From Eledone cirrhosa (taxonomy: Eukaryota), in contig OZ024742.1 in the NCBI GenBank assembly GCA_964016885.1, positions 123,566,001-123,630,000 on the forward strand: a stretch of 64,000 nt of DNA, read 5' to 3'. Numbering within the stretch: the stretch's first letter is position 1; every line of letters begins with the position of its first letter. The notes under the pieces were generated by a model. That model searched no databases, was not told where the DNA came from, and worked only from the letters and a program-made list of their open reading frames with translations. A program made the translations under genes and the position numbers. Of this stretch, positions 13,865 through 26,191 are shown piece after piece.

Positions 13865-14133
13865 ATTGAAGGTGGACGACTGGGAGAGGACACTTGCCGT
13901 GGTGGTCAGGGTCACCGTGGCTTTTTTTAATGGGCTTTCTCCACGATGGCCCTCGGAAGTCTCCCCCTATTGGGGAATTTGTCATTGTTCTTTTTATTAT
14001 ATCCTGTTTTTTGTTTTTTTACACGCAGAAATGCCCATTTGTACCGTTCTCTATTGTCCTGTACTGTCCTTAATATCCACTTTGTGTAAACCCTTGTGGT
14101 TAATAAAGAAAGCATTATTATTATTATTATTAT

Positions 14134-14252
14134 TATTATTTTATCGACGCCACAAGAATGAAATTTGCCTTTCATCCTTATGGGGTCGATAAAATAAAGT
14201 ACCAGTAATGCACTGGACAATTGCTGGCCTTGTGCCAAAAGTAGAAACATTT
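14134..14252 (+). mobile_element. 5'-truncated SINE family A with a short inverted 5' segment
   Basis: tttgcctttcatccttatggggtcgataaaataaagtacc...agaaac is preceded by an imperfect reverse complement (ttattttatcgacgccacaagaatgaaa). Confidence 0.8.
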
Positions 14253-14291
14253 ATTATTAATATTATTATTATTATTACTATTATTATTATT

Positions 14292-17200
14292 CTTTGAGTC
14301 TCAGTCATTGATGTTAGTTAACTGGAAAGTTTGTTGAAATGAATATCAAGCCGCTACCTGCAGCCTCAGATATTCAGGATGTTTTGGAGGGTCCTTGCTG
14401 TTCCCAGCAAGCATGCCTTTTGAAGTGTTCCAAAAAGCGGGATGGACTAATTTTTTTTAACCATCCTTGGAAACTCTTTGAGATAGTACCTAGAGCACCT
14501 ATGAAAATCGGGACGACTCTGACTTCATGGTAGTTCCAAATCCTTTTTACCCCCCAATTTAAGTCCTGGTATCGGTTAATTTTCTCCCTCTCCTTTTCTT
14601 GCACTCTCGTGTCAAATGGGCAGGCTACATCTACAATCAGGCATGATCTTTTTTTCCTTGTCCAAAACCGCCAGGTCAGGCCTATTGTGTTCCAGTTTCT
14701 TGTCCGTCTGTATCCTAAAATCCCACAGCACCTTCACCTGATCGTTTTCTATCACCGACTCTGGCTTATGCTCATACCTCTTCTTAGAATGTGGTAAATT
14801 GTTTACTTTGCATAGGTGCCAGTGGATCACCATGCCCATCACATCATATCTCAAGCCCTTATAGTGAGCTAGGTGTTTACACTCGGATACAATGTGAGCC
14901 ACAGTCTCCTCTCTCTCTCCCCACAGATCCTACAAAGTGAGATAGCCTCCCCCTTGTAAATATGGTGTTTCACCCACTTCGTTCTGAGGGCCTACTCTTG
15001 CGCAGCCATTAGCATTCCTTCTGTAGCCTTTTTAAGCTCTCCTCTTTTTAACCAGTTCCATGTCTGTGGATCTCTAAATCCAGTTTTCTCAAATAAGGTA
15101 CCATGAAGGGATTTTTCATGAAGGTTGCTCTTCCTCCTTGCCGTTATTTCCACCTTGGACATCCGGGTCTATTGTCCTCTCCTTCAATACAATTCTGATC
15201 ATTGGCTCCCTACTGTCAGTCACGTATTTGAACAGGTTGTTTGAACACAGTCCTCTATGCTGATAAGACCTCTTCCACCTTCAGATCTCTCTAAGTAGAG
15301 TCTATCGACATCTCTCCTCTTGTGGAACATGTTGTAGATAGTCAATAGCTTCATAGTCTTCCTATCCATTTCTTTTTGTTCAGCAACATTCCATTTCAGA
15401 ATACCCGTACTGTACCAAATAATAGACACATCTCGGTAGTTCACTGCACTTATGACATTCCTACTATTTAGATGTGATTTTAATACGCTCCTTACTCTCC
15501 TAATGTACTCAGATCTTATCAATTCCTTCATTTTTTGTTCTTGATGTCATCTGCCTCCAGAACATCTAAATATTTGTATCCTTCTTCAGTGTCAATTTCC
15601 TTTATCATCTCACCTGTTGGTACCTTGATTCCGTTGCTTCTGCTCAATTTACCCCTCTTCATCACTGGGACTCCATGCTTACTAATACCAAATTGCATAC
15701 ATATATCATTGCTGAAAATACGGACAGTGTCAACAAGTACATCCAACTCCTTCTCACTCTTCTTAAAGAGTTTAAGATAGTCCATGAAGAGGAGGTCGTT
15801 GATGGTAAGCTCTCCTTTTCCCAACTTGTATCCTGCTCTCACTTTTCGCAGTATAATGGTCAGTGGTATCAGGGCAAGGACAAACAACAGAGGGGTCAAA
15901 CTATCTCCCTGAAAGATAACTCTCTTGATCTTCACGCCTCCCAAGGATTCTCTACCTGATGTTAACTCTGTTTCCCAGGACTTCATACATTTGCTCAACA
16001 ACTGTCTGATGATATCTGCCACCTTGGACATCTCCAGGCTTTTGGTTATCCAAGAATGAGGTACCATGTCGAATGCCTTTTTGTAATCTATCCTTCTCTT
16101 AGCAAGACCAGTTTCTCCTCTTGCAATTCCTCATTACCATATTATCAATGGCCAGTGGATTGGCAGTATCGGTAGAGGGTCGGACGCCATGCTTTGACGC
16201 ATAGAGTTACGGCCCTTGCCATTCTGAGTTCAAATCCCGCCGAGGTTAACTTTGCCTTTCATCCTTATGGGGTCGATAAAATAAAGTACCAGTAATACAC
16301 TGGGTAATTGCTGGCCTTGTGCCAAAAGTAGAAACAATTACCATATTATCAATAAGTAACTGGTCCTTTGTACCACTGGACTTCTTTCGGCATCCTTTCT
16401 GTTCGTCCGGTAACAAGTTGTTTATGTGGAGGTGATGGTTGATTTCCTCAGACACAATGCTTGTTAACAGTTCCCACATTACGGACAGACATATGATAGG
16501 TCTATAGTTGGTAACATCATTACCCTTGATTCGGTCTTTCATTACTGTGGTACCTTTTGTCAACCACTATGGCACCTCACCCGACATCAAGCAGTCATTG
16601 AACATGGTTGTCAGTTTCGGGTGGAGGGATGTTATATTTTTGATCCAATACCCTTGCACACCATCTGGGCCTGGTGATTTCGAGTTGGTTAGTTTATTGG
16701 CCTGCCCTTTAAGAGTTTCAACTGTGATTCTCAAATCAGTTTGTTGGTGTGCTTGTTCACTAATCTCCTTTTGTACTGTCTCAATCCACACTGCCTGATC
16801 ATTGTGTTCAACACCCTGCTCCCATATTCCTCTCCAGAATGTCTCAGTTTGTTCCGCCTCAGGGATCAAGTCATTGCCTCTTTCTCTCCCTTCAAGCCAT
16901 CCAAACAACATCTTCTGGTTGTTGTCAAACATGTGGTTCTGTCTATAGTGACTGACTCTGCTCTCATACCGCATAATCTTTGCACTCTTTGCTACAGTGC
17001 GTTGCTTCAGTTCCTCTATGATGATATTTAGCTTTTTCCTTCTAGTTTTGTACTTTATTTCCAATCTTTTTTTGTGTCTATGTTTTGTAGTGTCCCATTC
17101 AGTAGTGTCCCATTCAGTGTCATTACTCATTTACTTGATTTGACCATTCAGTCGTTTCTTCCACCAAGGTTCTGATCTTACTTGTTTGTTGTTTCCTCTC

Positions 17201-18065
17201 GTTTTTATGCCAAGTAATTTCCTCACCGCATTTACTGTTGCTTTGAGGATATTGTTGCATAGGTGAATGTTCCTCGCCTGGGATAACTTTGTTTACCTTA
17301 GCTGTTGTTAGTTTTAACTTTTTCGTGTCTACAAATCTTAGGTTTATAGGTTTTCCACTATCATTGTTCATTTCATCTACCACTAAGTTTAGGATATCAA
17401 CCAAATCTTCTCCTAGCCCGTCAGCATTCATTTCCTCAATGGCCGTATATTTGTTACAGATGTTATTTATTTCAGCATTCAGATAATTGTCTGCTTCGGA
17501 TGTTTCCTCAGTTCTCTCAACCTTTTCACCTTCATTTCTCACTGGTTCGTTTGTCTGGCATACTCCACTCTCCATTTCTAACCTAATCTCTCTGCTGAGT
17601 TCCTCCAGTTCCAGCTCGCTTATCCACCCATTAGTTCTTATTACCCGAGCCTACCCGGCCAATTCATCTAATTTAAATAGTCCAATAGTCCAATCTCGTT
17701 CCAGATATTATGTATCCGTTTCCTATAGCCTTTTTCCTTGGGTTTACTCTTCAGGTAACATTCGATGATACGTCTATTCAATTCTTTCGTCACATTGGTT
17801 CTTGGCCCTTTCCTTCTTCTTCCTGCAGCACCAGTAGTATTTGGATGACAGCGAGGTCCCTGTTGCTGAGCCTGGGGGCACTAGCTGGGTGAGAGTCTGT
17901 TAGGCGTTTCAGTCTCCTCTTCACCGTTATTCGAACTGTTTAGGTTCGACATTTAAACACTCATATCGTGGATTGGTGAATGTATGGTTACATAACCACC
18001 GGTGATTTCATCACACCCAGTTATTTCATCACCCCGGTGAGTTTAGCGTGGCACCATCCACACTG
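14292..18065 (-). mobile_element. R4/Dong-like RLE-type non-LTR retrotransposon, copy 1 (near full length, decayed)
   Basis: Minus-strand ORF fragments carry RT motifs (KSPGPDGVQGYWIK, NYRPIICL, EQKGCRK, TKDQLLID, IFQGDSLTPLLF, LLFMD, YKYL) and C-terminal CCHC plus restriction-like endonuclease (VLWDFRIQTDKKLEHNRPD). Ends in (TAA)n. The 5' boundary is approximate. Confidence 0.9.
16150..16336 (+). mobile_element. Full-length SINE family A inserted into the Dong-like RT
   Basis: 17-bp TSD attaccatattatcaat at 16133-16149 and 16337-16353. Confidence 0.95.
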
Positions 18066-18353
18066 TAAACGAACATAAATAAATAAACAAATAAATAGAT
18101 ATAAACTTAAAAAAATAAACATAAGTTTCATTGTAATGTTTGAATGTCTTACTTAGTTTTTTTTTCCTTTACGTTTTTCGTTTTTCAAGGCCAGTAACAT
18201 CGGTTACTAGTGTTGTTGTTACAGCTGCTGTTTTTGATTTTAGCTACGTGGGAAGTAGGGGTTGTTGCGTTCAAAACCTTTGAAATTTGTTTTTGTCAGT
18301 GTTCTGTTCTATAATCTTTCGACTTGTTGCTTATTATTATTATTATATTATAG

Positions 18354-18545
18354 TTGGATTGGCAGTATCGGTAGAGGGTCGGACACCATGCTTTCCAGCA
18401 TAGTTACGTCCCTTTACGATCTGAGTTCAAATCCCGCCGAGGTTGACTTTGCCTTTCATCCTTACGGGGTCGATAAAATAAAGTACCAGTAATGCACTGG
18501 GTAATTGTTGGCCTTGTGCCTAAAGTAGAAACAATTATTATTATT
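18354..18545 (+). mobile_element. SINE family A
   Basis: Near-identical to 9979-10162; its (ATT)n tail abuts the 3' end of Dong copy 2. Confidence 0.92.
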
Positions 18546-18548
18546 GTT

Positions 18549-20240
18549 CTTTGAGTCTCAGTCATTGATGTTAGTTAACTGGAAAGTTTGTTGAAATGAA
18601 TATCAAGCCACTACCTGCAGCCTCAGATATTCAGGACGTATCGGAGGGTTCTTGCTGTTCCCAGCAAGCATGCCTTTTGAAGCGTTCCATCCCTGGAAAC
18701 TTTTTGAGATAGTACCTAGTACGCCTATGACAATCGGGACCACTTTGACTTCATGGCAGTTCCAAATCCTTTTTACCTCCCACTTTAAGTCCTGGTATCG
18801 GTTAATTTTCTGCCTCTCCTTCTCTTGCACTCTCGTGTCGAATGGGCAGGCCACATCCACAATCAGGCACGATCTTTTTTCTTTGTCCACAACTACCAGG
18901 TCAGGTCTATTGTGTTCCAGTTTCTTGTCCGTCTGTATCCTAAAATCCCACAGCACCTTCACCTGATCGTTTTCTATCACCGACTCTGGCTTATGCTCAT
19001 ACCACTTCTCAGAATGTGGTAAATTGTTTACTTTGCATAGGTGGTAGTGGATCACCCTGCCCATCACATCATGTCTCCAGCCCTTATAGTGGGTCTGGGC
19101 TAGGTGTTTACACTCGGATACAATGTGAACCACAGTCTCCTCTCTCTCTCCACAGATCCTGCACAGTGGGCTAGACTCCTCCTTGTAAATATGGTGTTTC
19201 AACCACTTCGTTTTGAGGGCCTGCTCTTGCGCAGCCATTAACATTCCTTCTGTAGCCTTTTTAAGGTTTCCTCTTTTCAAACAGTTCCATGTCTGTGGAT
19301 CTCTGAATTCAGTTTTCTCAAAGAAGGTACTATGAAGGGATTTTTCCTGAAGGCTGCTCTTTCTTCTTGTTGTTATTTCCTCCCTGGACATCCCTTGGTC
19401 TATTGTCCTCTCCTTCAGTACAGTTCTGAGCATTGGCTCCTTACTCTCAGTCACGTATTTGTGTAGGTTGTTTTTCTCCATCTGAACACAGTCCTCTATG
19501 CTGACAAGACCTCTTCTACCTTCAGATCTCCTTAAGTAGAGTCTATCGATATCACTCCTATTGTGGAACATGTTGCAGATAGTCAATTGCTTCTTAGTCT
19601 TCCTATCCATTTCTTTTGTTCAGCAACATTCCATCACAGAATTCCCGCACTGTACCTAATAATAGACACAGCTCGGGAATTTACTGCACTTATGGCATTC
19701 CTACTGTTCAGATGTGACTTTAATACGCTCCCTACTCTCCGAATGTATTCAGTTCTTATCAATTCCTTCATTTTTTTGTTCTTGATGTCATCAGCCTCCA
19801 GAGCACCCAAATACTTGTACGCTTCTTCAGTGTTAATTTCCTTTATCATCTCACCTGTTGGCACCTGGATTCCGTTGCTTCTGATCAATTTACCCCTCTT
19901 CATCACAAGGACTCCACACTTACTAAGACCAAATTGTATACATATATCATTGCTGAAAATACGGACAGTGTCAACAAGCACATCCAACTCCTTCTCGCTC
20001 TTCCCGAAGAGCTTAAGATAGTCCATGAAGAGGAGGTGATTGATGGTAAGCTCTCCCTTTCCCAACTTGTATCCTGCTCTCACTTTTCGCAGTATAATGG
20101 TCAGGGGCATCAGGGCAAGGACAAACAAAAGAAGGGACATACTATCTCCCTGGAAGATACCTCTCTTGATTCACGCCTCCCAAGTATTCTCCAGCTGATC
20201 TTAACTCTGTTTCCCAGGACTTCATACTTTTGCCCAACAA
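18549..20240 (-). mobile_element. R4/Dong-like element, copy 2 (5'-truncated)
   Basis: ORFs 19634-20140 and 18603-19610 (RT C-terminal part, CRICGEREETVVHIVSEC, RLE motifs). Same 3' UTR as copy 1. Confidence 0.92.
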
Positions 20241-20269
20241 TTATTATTATTATTATTATTGTTGTTATT

Positions 20270-21304
20270 CCTTGAATCTCAGTCATTGATGTTGGTTAAC
20301 TGGAAAGTCCGTTGGATTGAATATCAAGCCACTACCTGCAGCCTCAGATATTCAGGACGTATCGGAGGGTTCTTGCTGTTCCAAGCAAGCATGCCTTTTG
20401 AAGCGTTCCAAAAAGCGTGAAGGGGCCGATTTTCTTTAACCATCCCTGGAAACTTTTGGAGATAGTCCCCAGTGCGCCTATGACAATCGGGATCACTTTC
20501 ACTTCATGGCAGTTCCAAATCCTTTTCACCTCCCACTTTAGGTCCTGGTATCGGTTAATTTTCTCCCTATCCTTCTCTTGCACTCTCGTGTCGAACGGGC
20601 AGGCCACATCCACAATCAGACATGATCTTTTTTCTTTGTCCACAACCACCAGGTCAGGTCTATTGTGTTCCAGTTTTTTGTCCGTCTGTATCTTAAAATC
20701 CCACAGCACCTTCACCTGATTGTTTTCCATCACCGCCTCTGGCCTATGCTCATACCATTTCTCAGAATGTGGTAAATTGTTTACTTTGCACAGGTGCCAG
20801 TGGATCACCCTGCCCATCACATTGTGTCTCCAGCCCTTATAGTGGGTCTGGGCTAGGTGTTTACACTCGGACACAATGTGAACCACAGTCTCCTCTCTCT
20901 CTCCACAGATCCTGCACAGTGGGCTAGCCTCCTCCTTGTAAATATGGTGCTTCAACCACTTCGTTTTGAGGGCCTGCTCCTGCGCAGCCATTAGCATTCC
21001 TTCTGTAGCCTTTTTGAGGTCTCCTCTTCTCAACCAGTTCCATGTCTGTGGATCTCTAAATTCAGTTTTCTCAAAGAAGGTACTATGAAGGGATTTTCCC
21101 TTAAGGCTGCTCTTCCTCCTTGATGTTATTTCCTCCTTGGACATCCCCTGGCCTACTGTCCCCTCCTTCAGTACAGTTCTGAGCATTGGCTCCTTACTAT
21201 AGGTCACGTATTTGTATAGGTTGTTTTTCTCCATCTGAACACAGTCCTCTAGGCTGATAAGACCTCTTCCACCCTCAGATCTCCTTAGGTAGAGTCTATC
21301 GACA

Positions 21305-21306
<2 letters not shown>
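20270..21306 (-). mobile_element. R4/Dong-like element, copy 3 (5'-truncated)
   Basis: Same 3' UTR as copies 1 and 2; flanked by (TAA)n on both sides. Confidence 0.92.
20344..21234 (-). CDS. Uninterrupted C-terminal fragment of the Dong/R4 ORF (CCHC zinc finger + restriction-like endonuclease)
   Basis: 296 aa: CRICGEREETVVHIVSEC, RH, RPDLVVVD...IVDVACPFD...EKINRYQDL...IPIVIGALG. Confidence 0.8.
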   Translation of the reverse strand: MEKNNLYKYVTYSKEPMLRTVLKEGTVGQGMSKEEITSRRKSSLKGKSLHSTFFEKTEFRDPQTWNWLRRGDLKKATEGMLMAAQEQALKTKWLKHHIYKEEASPLCRICGEREETVVHIVSECKHLAQTHYKGWRHNVMGRVIHWHLCKVNNLPHSEKWYEHRPEAVMENNQVKVLWDFKIQTDKKLEHNRPDLVVVDKEKRSCLIVDVACPFDTRVQEKDREKINRYQDLKWEVKRIWNCHEVKVIPIVIGALGTISKSFQGWLKKIGPFTLFGTLQKACLLGTARTLRYVLNI

Positions 21307-21362
<56 letters not shown>

Positions 21363-21498
21363 CATCATCATTATCATCATCATTATAATCATCATCCTCA
21401 TTATTATTATTTATGATTTGGGAGACGCTTCAAGATCTTGCATAAACATGTTCAAAGTTAACAAGAGTGTTTAAACTTATCAAACTAGTTGATATTAT

Positions 21499-21682
21499 AT
21501 TGGCAGTATCGGTAGAGGGTCGGACGCCATGCTTTGACGCATAGAGTTACGGCCCTTGCCATTCTGAGTTCAAATCCCGCCGAGGTTAACTTTGCCTTTC
21601 ATCCTTACGGGGTCGATAAAACAAAGTACCAGTAATGCACTGGGATAATTTCTGGCCTCTTTCCAAAAAGTAGAAACAATTA
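21499..21682 (+). mobile_element. SINE family A
   Basis: Matches 16150-16336. Confidence 0.9.
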
Positions 21683-21686
21683 TAAT

Positions 21687-21872
21687 TTGGATTGGCAGTA
21701 TCGTTAGAGGGTCGCACCCCATGCTTTGCAACATAGAGTTACAGTCCTTTAAGGTTTGATTTCAAATCCCGCCGTGGTTAACTTTGCCTTTCATCCTTAC
21801 GGGTCGATAAAATAAAGTACCAGTAATGCACTGGTATAATTGCTGGCCTTGTGCCAAAAGTAGAAACAATTA
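21687..21872 (+). mobile_element. SINE family A (second of a tandem pair)
   Basis: Head-to-tail copy directly after 21499-21682. Confidence 0.9.
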
Positions 21873-22700
21873 TGATTATGATGATGCGGAGGCACCTTCT
21901 GAAAATGCGACATCTGCTGTCATTCTTGGACGATGCTGAGGGTGAACATATGTGTTGGCTGTTCGAGTCACACGTTTATCAACAGGTCGCTTCTTTTACA
22001 GAATTGCAATACCGGTTGGAACCCGAGCTGTTGTTGGCTGTATGGCATCAGGAATATTGACAGTTGTTCATCGCAATGTGGACAGTGGAATGCCAATCGT
22101 TACATTGCATAGAGGATAATAAGGGGTTTATCTTGCTTGTCAACTAAAAGTACTGACTAGATTCTCCAGAAGATCGTTCAGGTCAGGTTTATGGAATATT
22201 TCTAAAGCCCAGCACTAATACAGATTGAACAGATTGGGTGTTCGGTAAAAAAGCTATATAGTTACGTAATTAATTGTCGCTAACCGGCGCTGTCCACAAA
22301 GCGCGCAGAGCAGCGAGACAGTCTGGCACGAACTCGTTTGTTTAGTGCCCATAAATTGCTTATTTGTTGACTTGTCACATTCCTCTTTAGTATATAGCGT
22401 ATCCAGCTCTCAGCTGAGTTTAGCGTGGGAATCAAACAGCCATCTTCTTTTCGTAAGGAAGGACGGCATGTCTTGCTCATTTTGGTAGCTATGGTGAAGG
22501 AAGTTCTGTGGTGGATGTCGTTTAAATATTTATAGTTAGGACCTTTCTTCACTGTCTAAGCCCTTATCCACTTCTTCAGCAATATTTCTCTAGAAGTACC
22601 CAACTTTGTTCGGACCTGGAGAGGAGATGGGCTCCTCCAGGTTTTAAATGCCCTAGAAGCGTCGTATGTCATTAAGGCGCCCCTACGGCCCCTCGAGAAT
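21873..22700 (+). pseudogene. Old L1/Tx1 ORF2 3' fragment related to the 8-14 kb element
   Basis: MMRRHLLKMRHLLSFLD...VASFTELQ aligns with LMMRRHALRLRHLHLFLE...LVSLTELQ (~13000). Downstream DNA parallels 13300-13830. Confidence 0.7.
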
Positions 22701-22807
22701 TACGGGTCCATACAAATGTTTTATGTGTAATAGTATGTTTTGTTTTACTTTCGATATGTTTTCTGCCTATATGGTGTTCTATTATAAAGCCTGTCTCAAG
22801 TTAGATG

Positions 22808-23060
22808 GCTCGTTAGGATGGTGCCTATCACGCTTTTGTGGGGTGAAGTGACTGAGAGTAAAACCTCTCTCCTGATGAGGATGCCAGTCCATCGCAGGAT
22901 TAAACAACAGCTATTGCTGGTACATATTTTCAGCTAAGCATACTAGAGCAACGTGAATTTAATTGTTTTGCTCCAAACCACAACACGTATCCCAGCCAAG
23001 GAATCAAATCCACAACATTATGATCGTACTCCTAACACCTTTACCACTAGGTCACACACC
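22808..23060 (-). mobile_element. tRNA-derived SINE, family B
   Basis: Minus strand starts tgtgacctagtggtaaaggtg (A box)...gatttgattcc (B-box-like), then gagcaaaac...ttcacgttgctctagt. Confidence 0.7.
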
Positions 23061-23299
23061 TACATGTTCCTTGGTCCTGTATTTTCGTTTAGTGTTATGT
23101 TTATGTTAGATAAATGTGACGAAAGCCAGAGATCGTACATCCCAAGCTGTGGCTTGTGAGGCGTCAAAAAATTGTGATTAAAAGAAGAAATGAAATTTAA
23201 AACCAAAAATTAATTAGAACTAAATGGCGGGTTGTGGGGATGCGAACAAATATCTTTGTCTGTCAGTGATAACTTTCGACATATTTTGCTTTCATATGT

Positions 23300-23510
23300 G
23301 TGTCAGCAGCAGTAGGTTAACATATGTTTTATGACATAGAGTTACGTCCGTTTCCATTCTTAGTTCAAATCCTGTTGAGGTTAGCTTCGCCTTTCATCTG
23401 CACGGGGTCGATAATACAAAGTATAAAGCACCAGTAATGCACTTGGGTCGATTGAATCGACATTCCCTACCACAAACGTGTTGGTCTTGTGTCTAAATCA
23501 GAAACCATAT
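23300..23510 (+). mobile_element. Diverged SINE (older family A type)
   Basis: agttcaaatcctgttgaggttagcttcgcctttcatctgcacggggtcgataa...ggtcttgtgtctaaatcagaaac. Confidence 0.75.
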
Positions 23511-24479
23511 GTGGTTCTCAACGAAATATATTCTAACTGTTACTGCATATATTATTATATAGACTGGAAAAGTCTGTATTATATTTCAGAATGAACAGAT
23601 AATGTCGCTATAAATAATAGAAAATATTGCTGGAAAAAAAATTACCATGAATGCCTGCAGCATTAAATCTCGAATTTTGGCCTTTTATTTTAGTATTGAA
23701 TATTGCTAATCAGATGTTTGATTTCATATCTATCTGTATTGCATTCCTAGCCAATGAGCCACATTTTCTTTTCTTCACCAACGGTTGATCACTTCTGCAA
23801 TTTGACGAAATAGCTTGTTACTCGTTGAAAGAGAAACTGACGCTGATCATGTAGCGTTTAGTTTTTTTCTTTGAGAATAAATATATAAATACACGTCTTT
23901 CATGTAAATAGATTTGTATATTTCCATGTTAAACGTAATTCAATATTATTCATATTTTGTTCAGGTTTGATATTTGCCATATTTTTCAATGTTTCGCAGT
24001 TTTCTATTGAATATTAAATTAAGAATACAGTGCCAGAAACAGTAGAGTGATGCAGCAAATGTATTTAAATGTGTTGTCTCCATCACTGGTTTTTGTTCAA
24101 AGCTCTCTGGAATTGATTTTTCATTTGATTCATTCAGAAGTAGTTATATAACAATTACTAGTACAGTCCGAGGGTCTATTTGATCGTCGTTCATTTCCCC
24201 CCGAAATATTGACCTTTTGCAGGGTCAAATTATATCAATACACATAAAAGTCAATTTAACTAACTTAGAAATTTTAATTTTGCTTTCTAAAATTTATCAA
24301 TTCTCTCGTGGTATATGTGGAAGTGATCGCTTACCTTTATATTACAAGCAGGTGTTAACCCCTTCTTTTTCTTCTTTTCTTTCTTATTTTCTTTTCTCTT
24401 ATTTTTCTTTTTTCTTCTTTTTCTTTTTCTTTTTCATTTCTATTTTCCGTTTTCGTTTTCAAGAAAAAAAAGAAGAAAG

Positions 24480-24880
24480 GTCGTTGGGCAGAGTCCTCAA
24501 ACAGTGGGTACTGTCAGAAGCAACTATCTCCAACTGATCCAGCTGGATCCCCAAGCACGACCAGCCAAGTTCATGGATGTTATCCAACCACATTGCTTGA
24601 GGTATGCCGTTTGGTTTTACCTGTAAAATCTGTCCGGCGATTCTTTCCTGAGACTATCTTACAACATGCCCATAGTATCAGAGCTGTGATCTCTCAATTT
24701 GGAGAAGTAGCAGATCTTCCTGGAGTGACTTTCTTATCTCCGAGCTATGCATTCTATCAAGTAAAATTGCACCAAAACCTTTTCGGAGGAACTTCATTCC
24801 GTCCGATTCTATTCGGGATAATATTCTTTCGGTCATTAGCCAAGATTCATGGCTATAGGTAAAGGTTGGCACGAATACCG
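24480..24880 (-). pseudogene. RTE-clade LINE 3' fragment
   Basis: PTFTYSHESWLMTERILSRIESDGMKFLRK...SSEIRKSL...LLLQIERSQL is the typical RTE post-RT region. Confidence 0.8.
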
Positions 24881-26191
24881 AATTGAAGATAGCGAGTTTG
24901 GCTTTTACATCTACCTCCCTTTGAATTACGGAATCCTGAAACTAGTGCATTACGGTACCAGCTCCTGAAATCTTTAATACCCATAGTTCGAAAACAGGCT
25001 TTTATCAACAGACCTCGAAAAATACAAATATATGGAGCATGCATTGACATTTTAGAACATTATGTATTCATATTGCAGCTCCTCCATATTAACAGTAAAT
25101 TTCATTTATCCATTACGAGTATATTTTCCGTTTTTAAAATCACATTATTTTCAAAGGATATTCTTAGTATATTATGTATTTGATTTTGGTTCCACTTAAA
25201 TTTTTTTGTCTGCATATGAAAGAAAATACGGAACGACGAGCAGTTATTCATAAATACGTTTCTCTCATTTAACACACATTCCACAGATATAATTCCAAGT
25301 TATTATTTTGTCAGTATCTCACAGACGTTGATTTGCTTACTAAATGTTCAGAGGTATTTTTGAATATGACGTATTTGTCTTCTTCCCACGTTGCTCCTCC
25401 ATTTTCAGTCCAATTTGTTGTTCTCCCCGTATGCTTCTCGGTCTTGTTTGTCTTCTTGTTCTCTTTATTCTTTTTCTTGTTCTTGTTGCTCTTTCTCGTT
25501 TTGTTCTTCTCCTCCTCCTTAATATTTTATGGCAAGGCTTGTGATTGTGTCCTTTACAGGTCTGCCAAGGGTACTGTTATTGATGCGGTTAATACCCAGT
25601 TTGAATATCTGTCACTAATCCTCAGCAAGAATACATGATTGGGACTTAGGACAAGTATCGATTATTATATGATGATTCAATTCGTCTATGTTACGTTGTT
25701 ACAGGTGAAGTTGACAAACAGATATATAATGTACATGAACAGACACGGTTCTTAATAATGAAAGAAGGTGCAAAAAGAACAAATCGAACTCTGATGAGGT
25801 TGAAGCAATTTGTAAACGGCAATTTTTCAAACAGCAGTGTTAGTTGACATGTAAGAATTGTAGAGAGTCAGCCATTAATATGAACTAATGAACTAACATA
25901 CAGCCTATCGTTAGAAAACTATTGCAATCTACTATGTGACAATAAAGAAAATACGAAGCTAATGCTTGTACTGGCATGTTGAGCCTGCAGGTTAGAACAG
26001 ACATAATATCTGTTGATTTAAATTTATCCTCTACGGAAATTTACGTAAGCACATTTCAATCCTTAGTGCATGGGTGTCACAATTTCGATTACACCGCCTT
26101 TAAATGAAAATTGAAGTTTGATTTGAGTAAGGAAAGCTTTTTTAAAAATATGTATTTTATAACTGAATTATTCATATATTACTCCTGTTAC

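Larger units (their letters stand above)
8095..14113 (+). mobile_element. Near full-length decayed L1/Tx1-clade non-LTR retrotransposon
   Basis: 5' UTR, ORF1 with a CCHC knuckle, ORF2 with APE endonuclease and RT, 3' UTR with AATAAA, then an (ATT)n tail. (ATT)n also lies immediately upstream. Confidence 0.9.
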
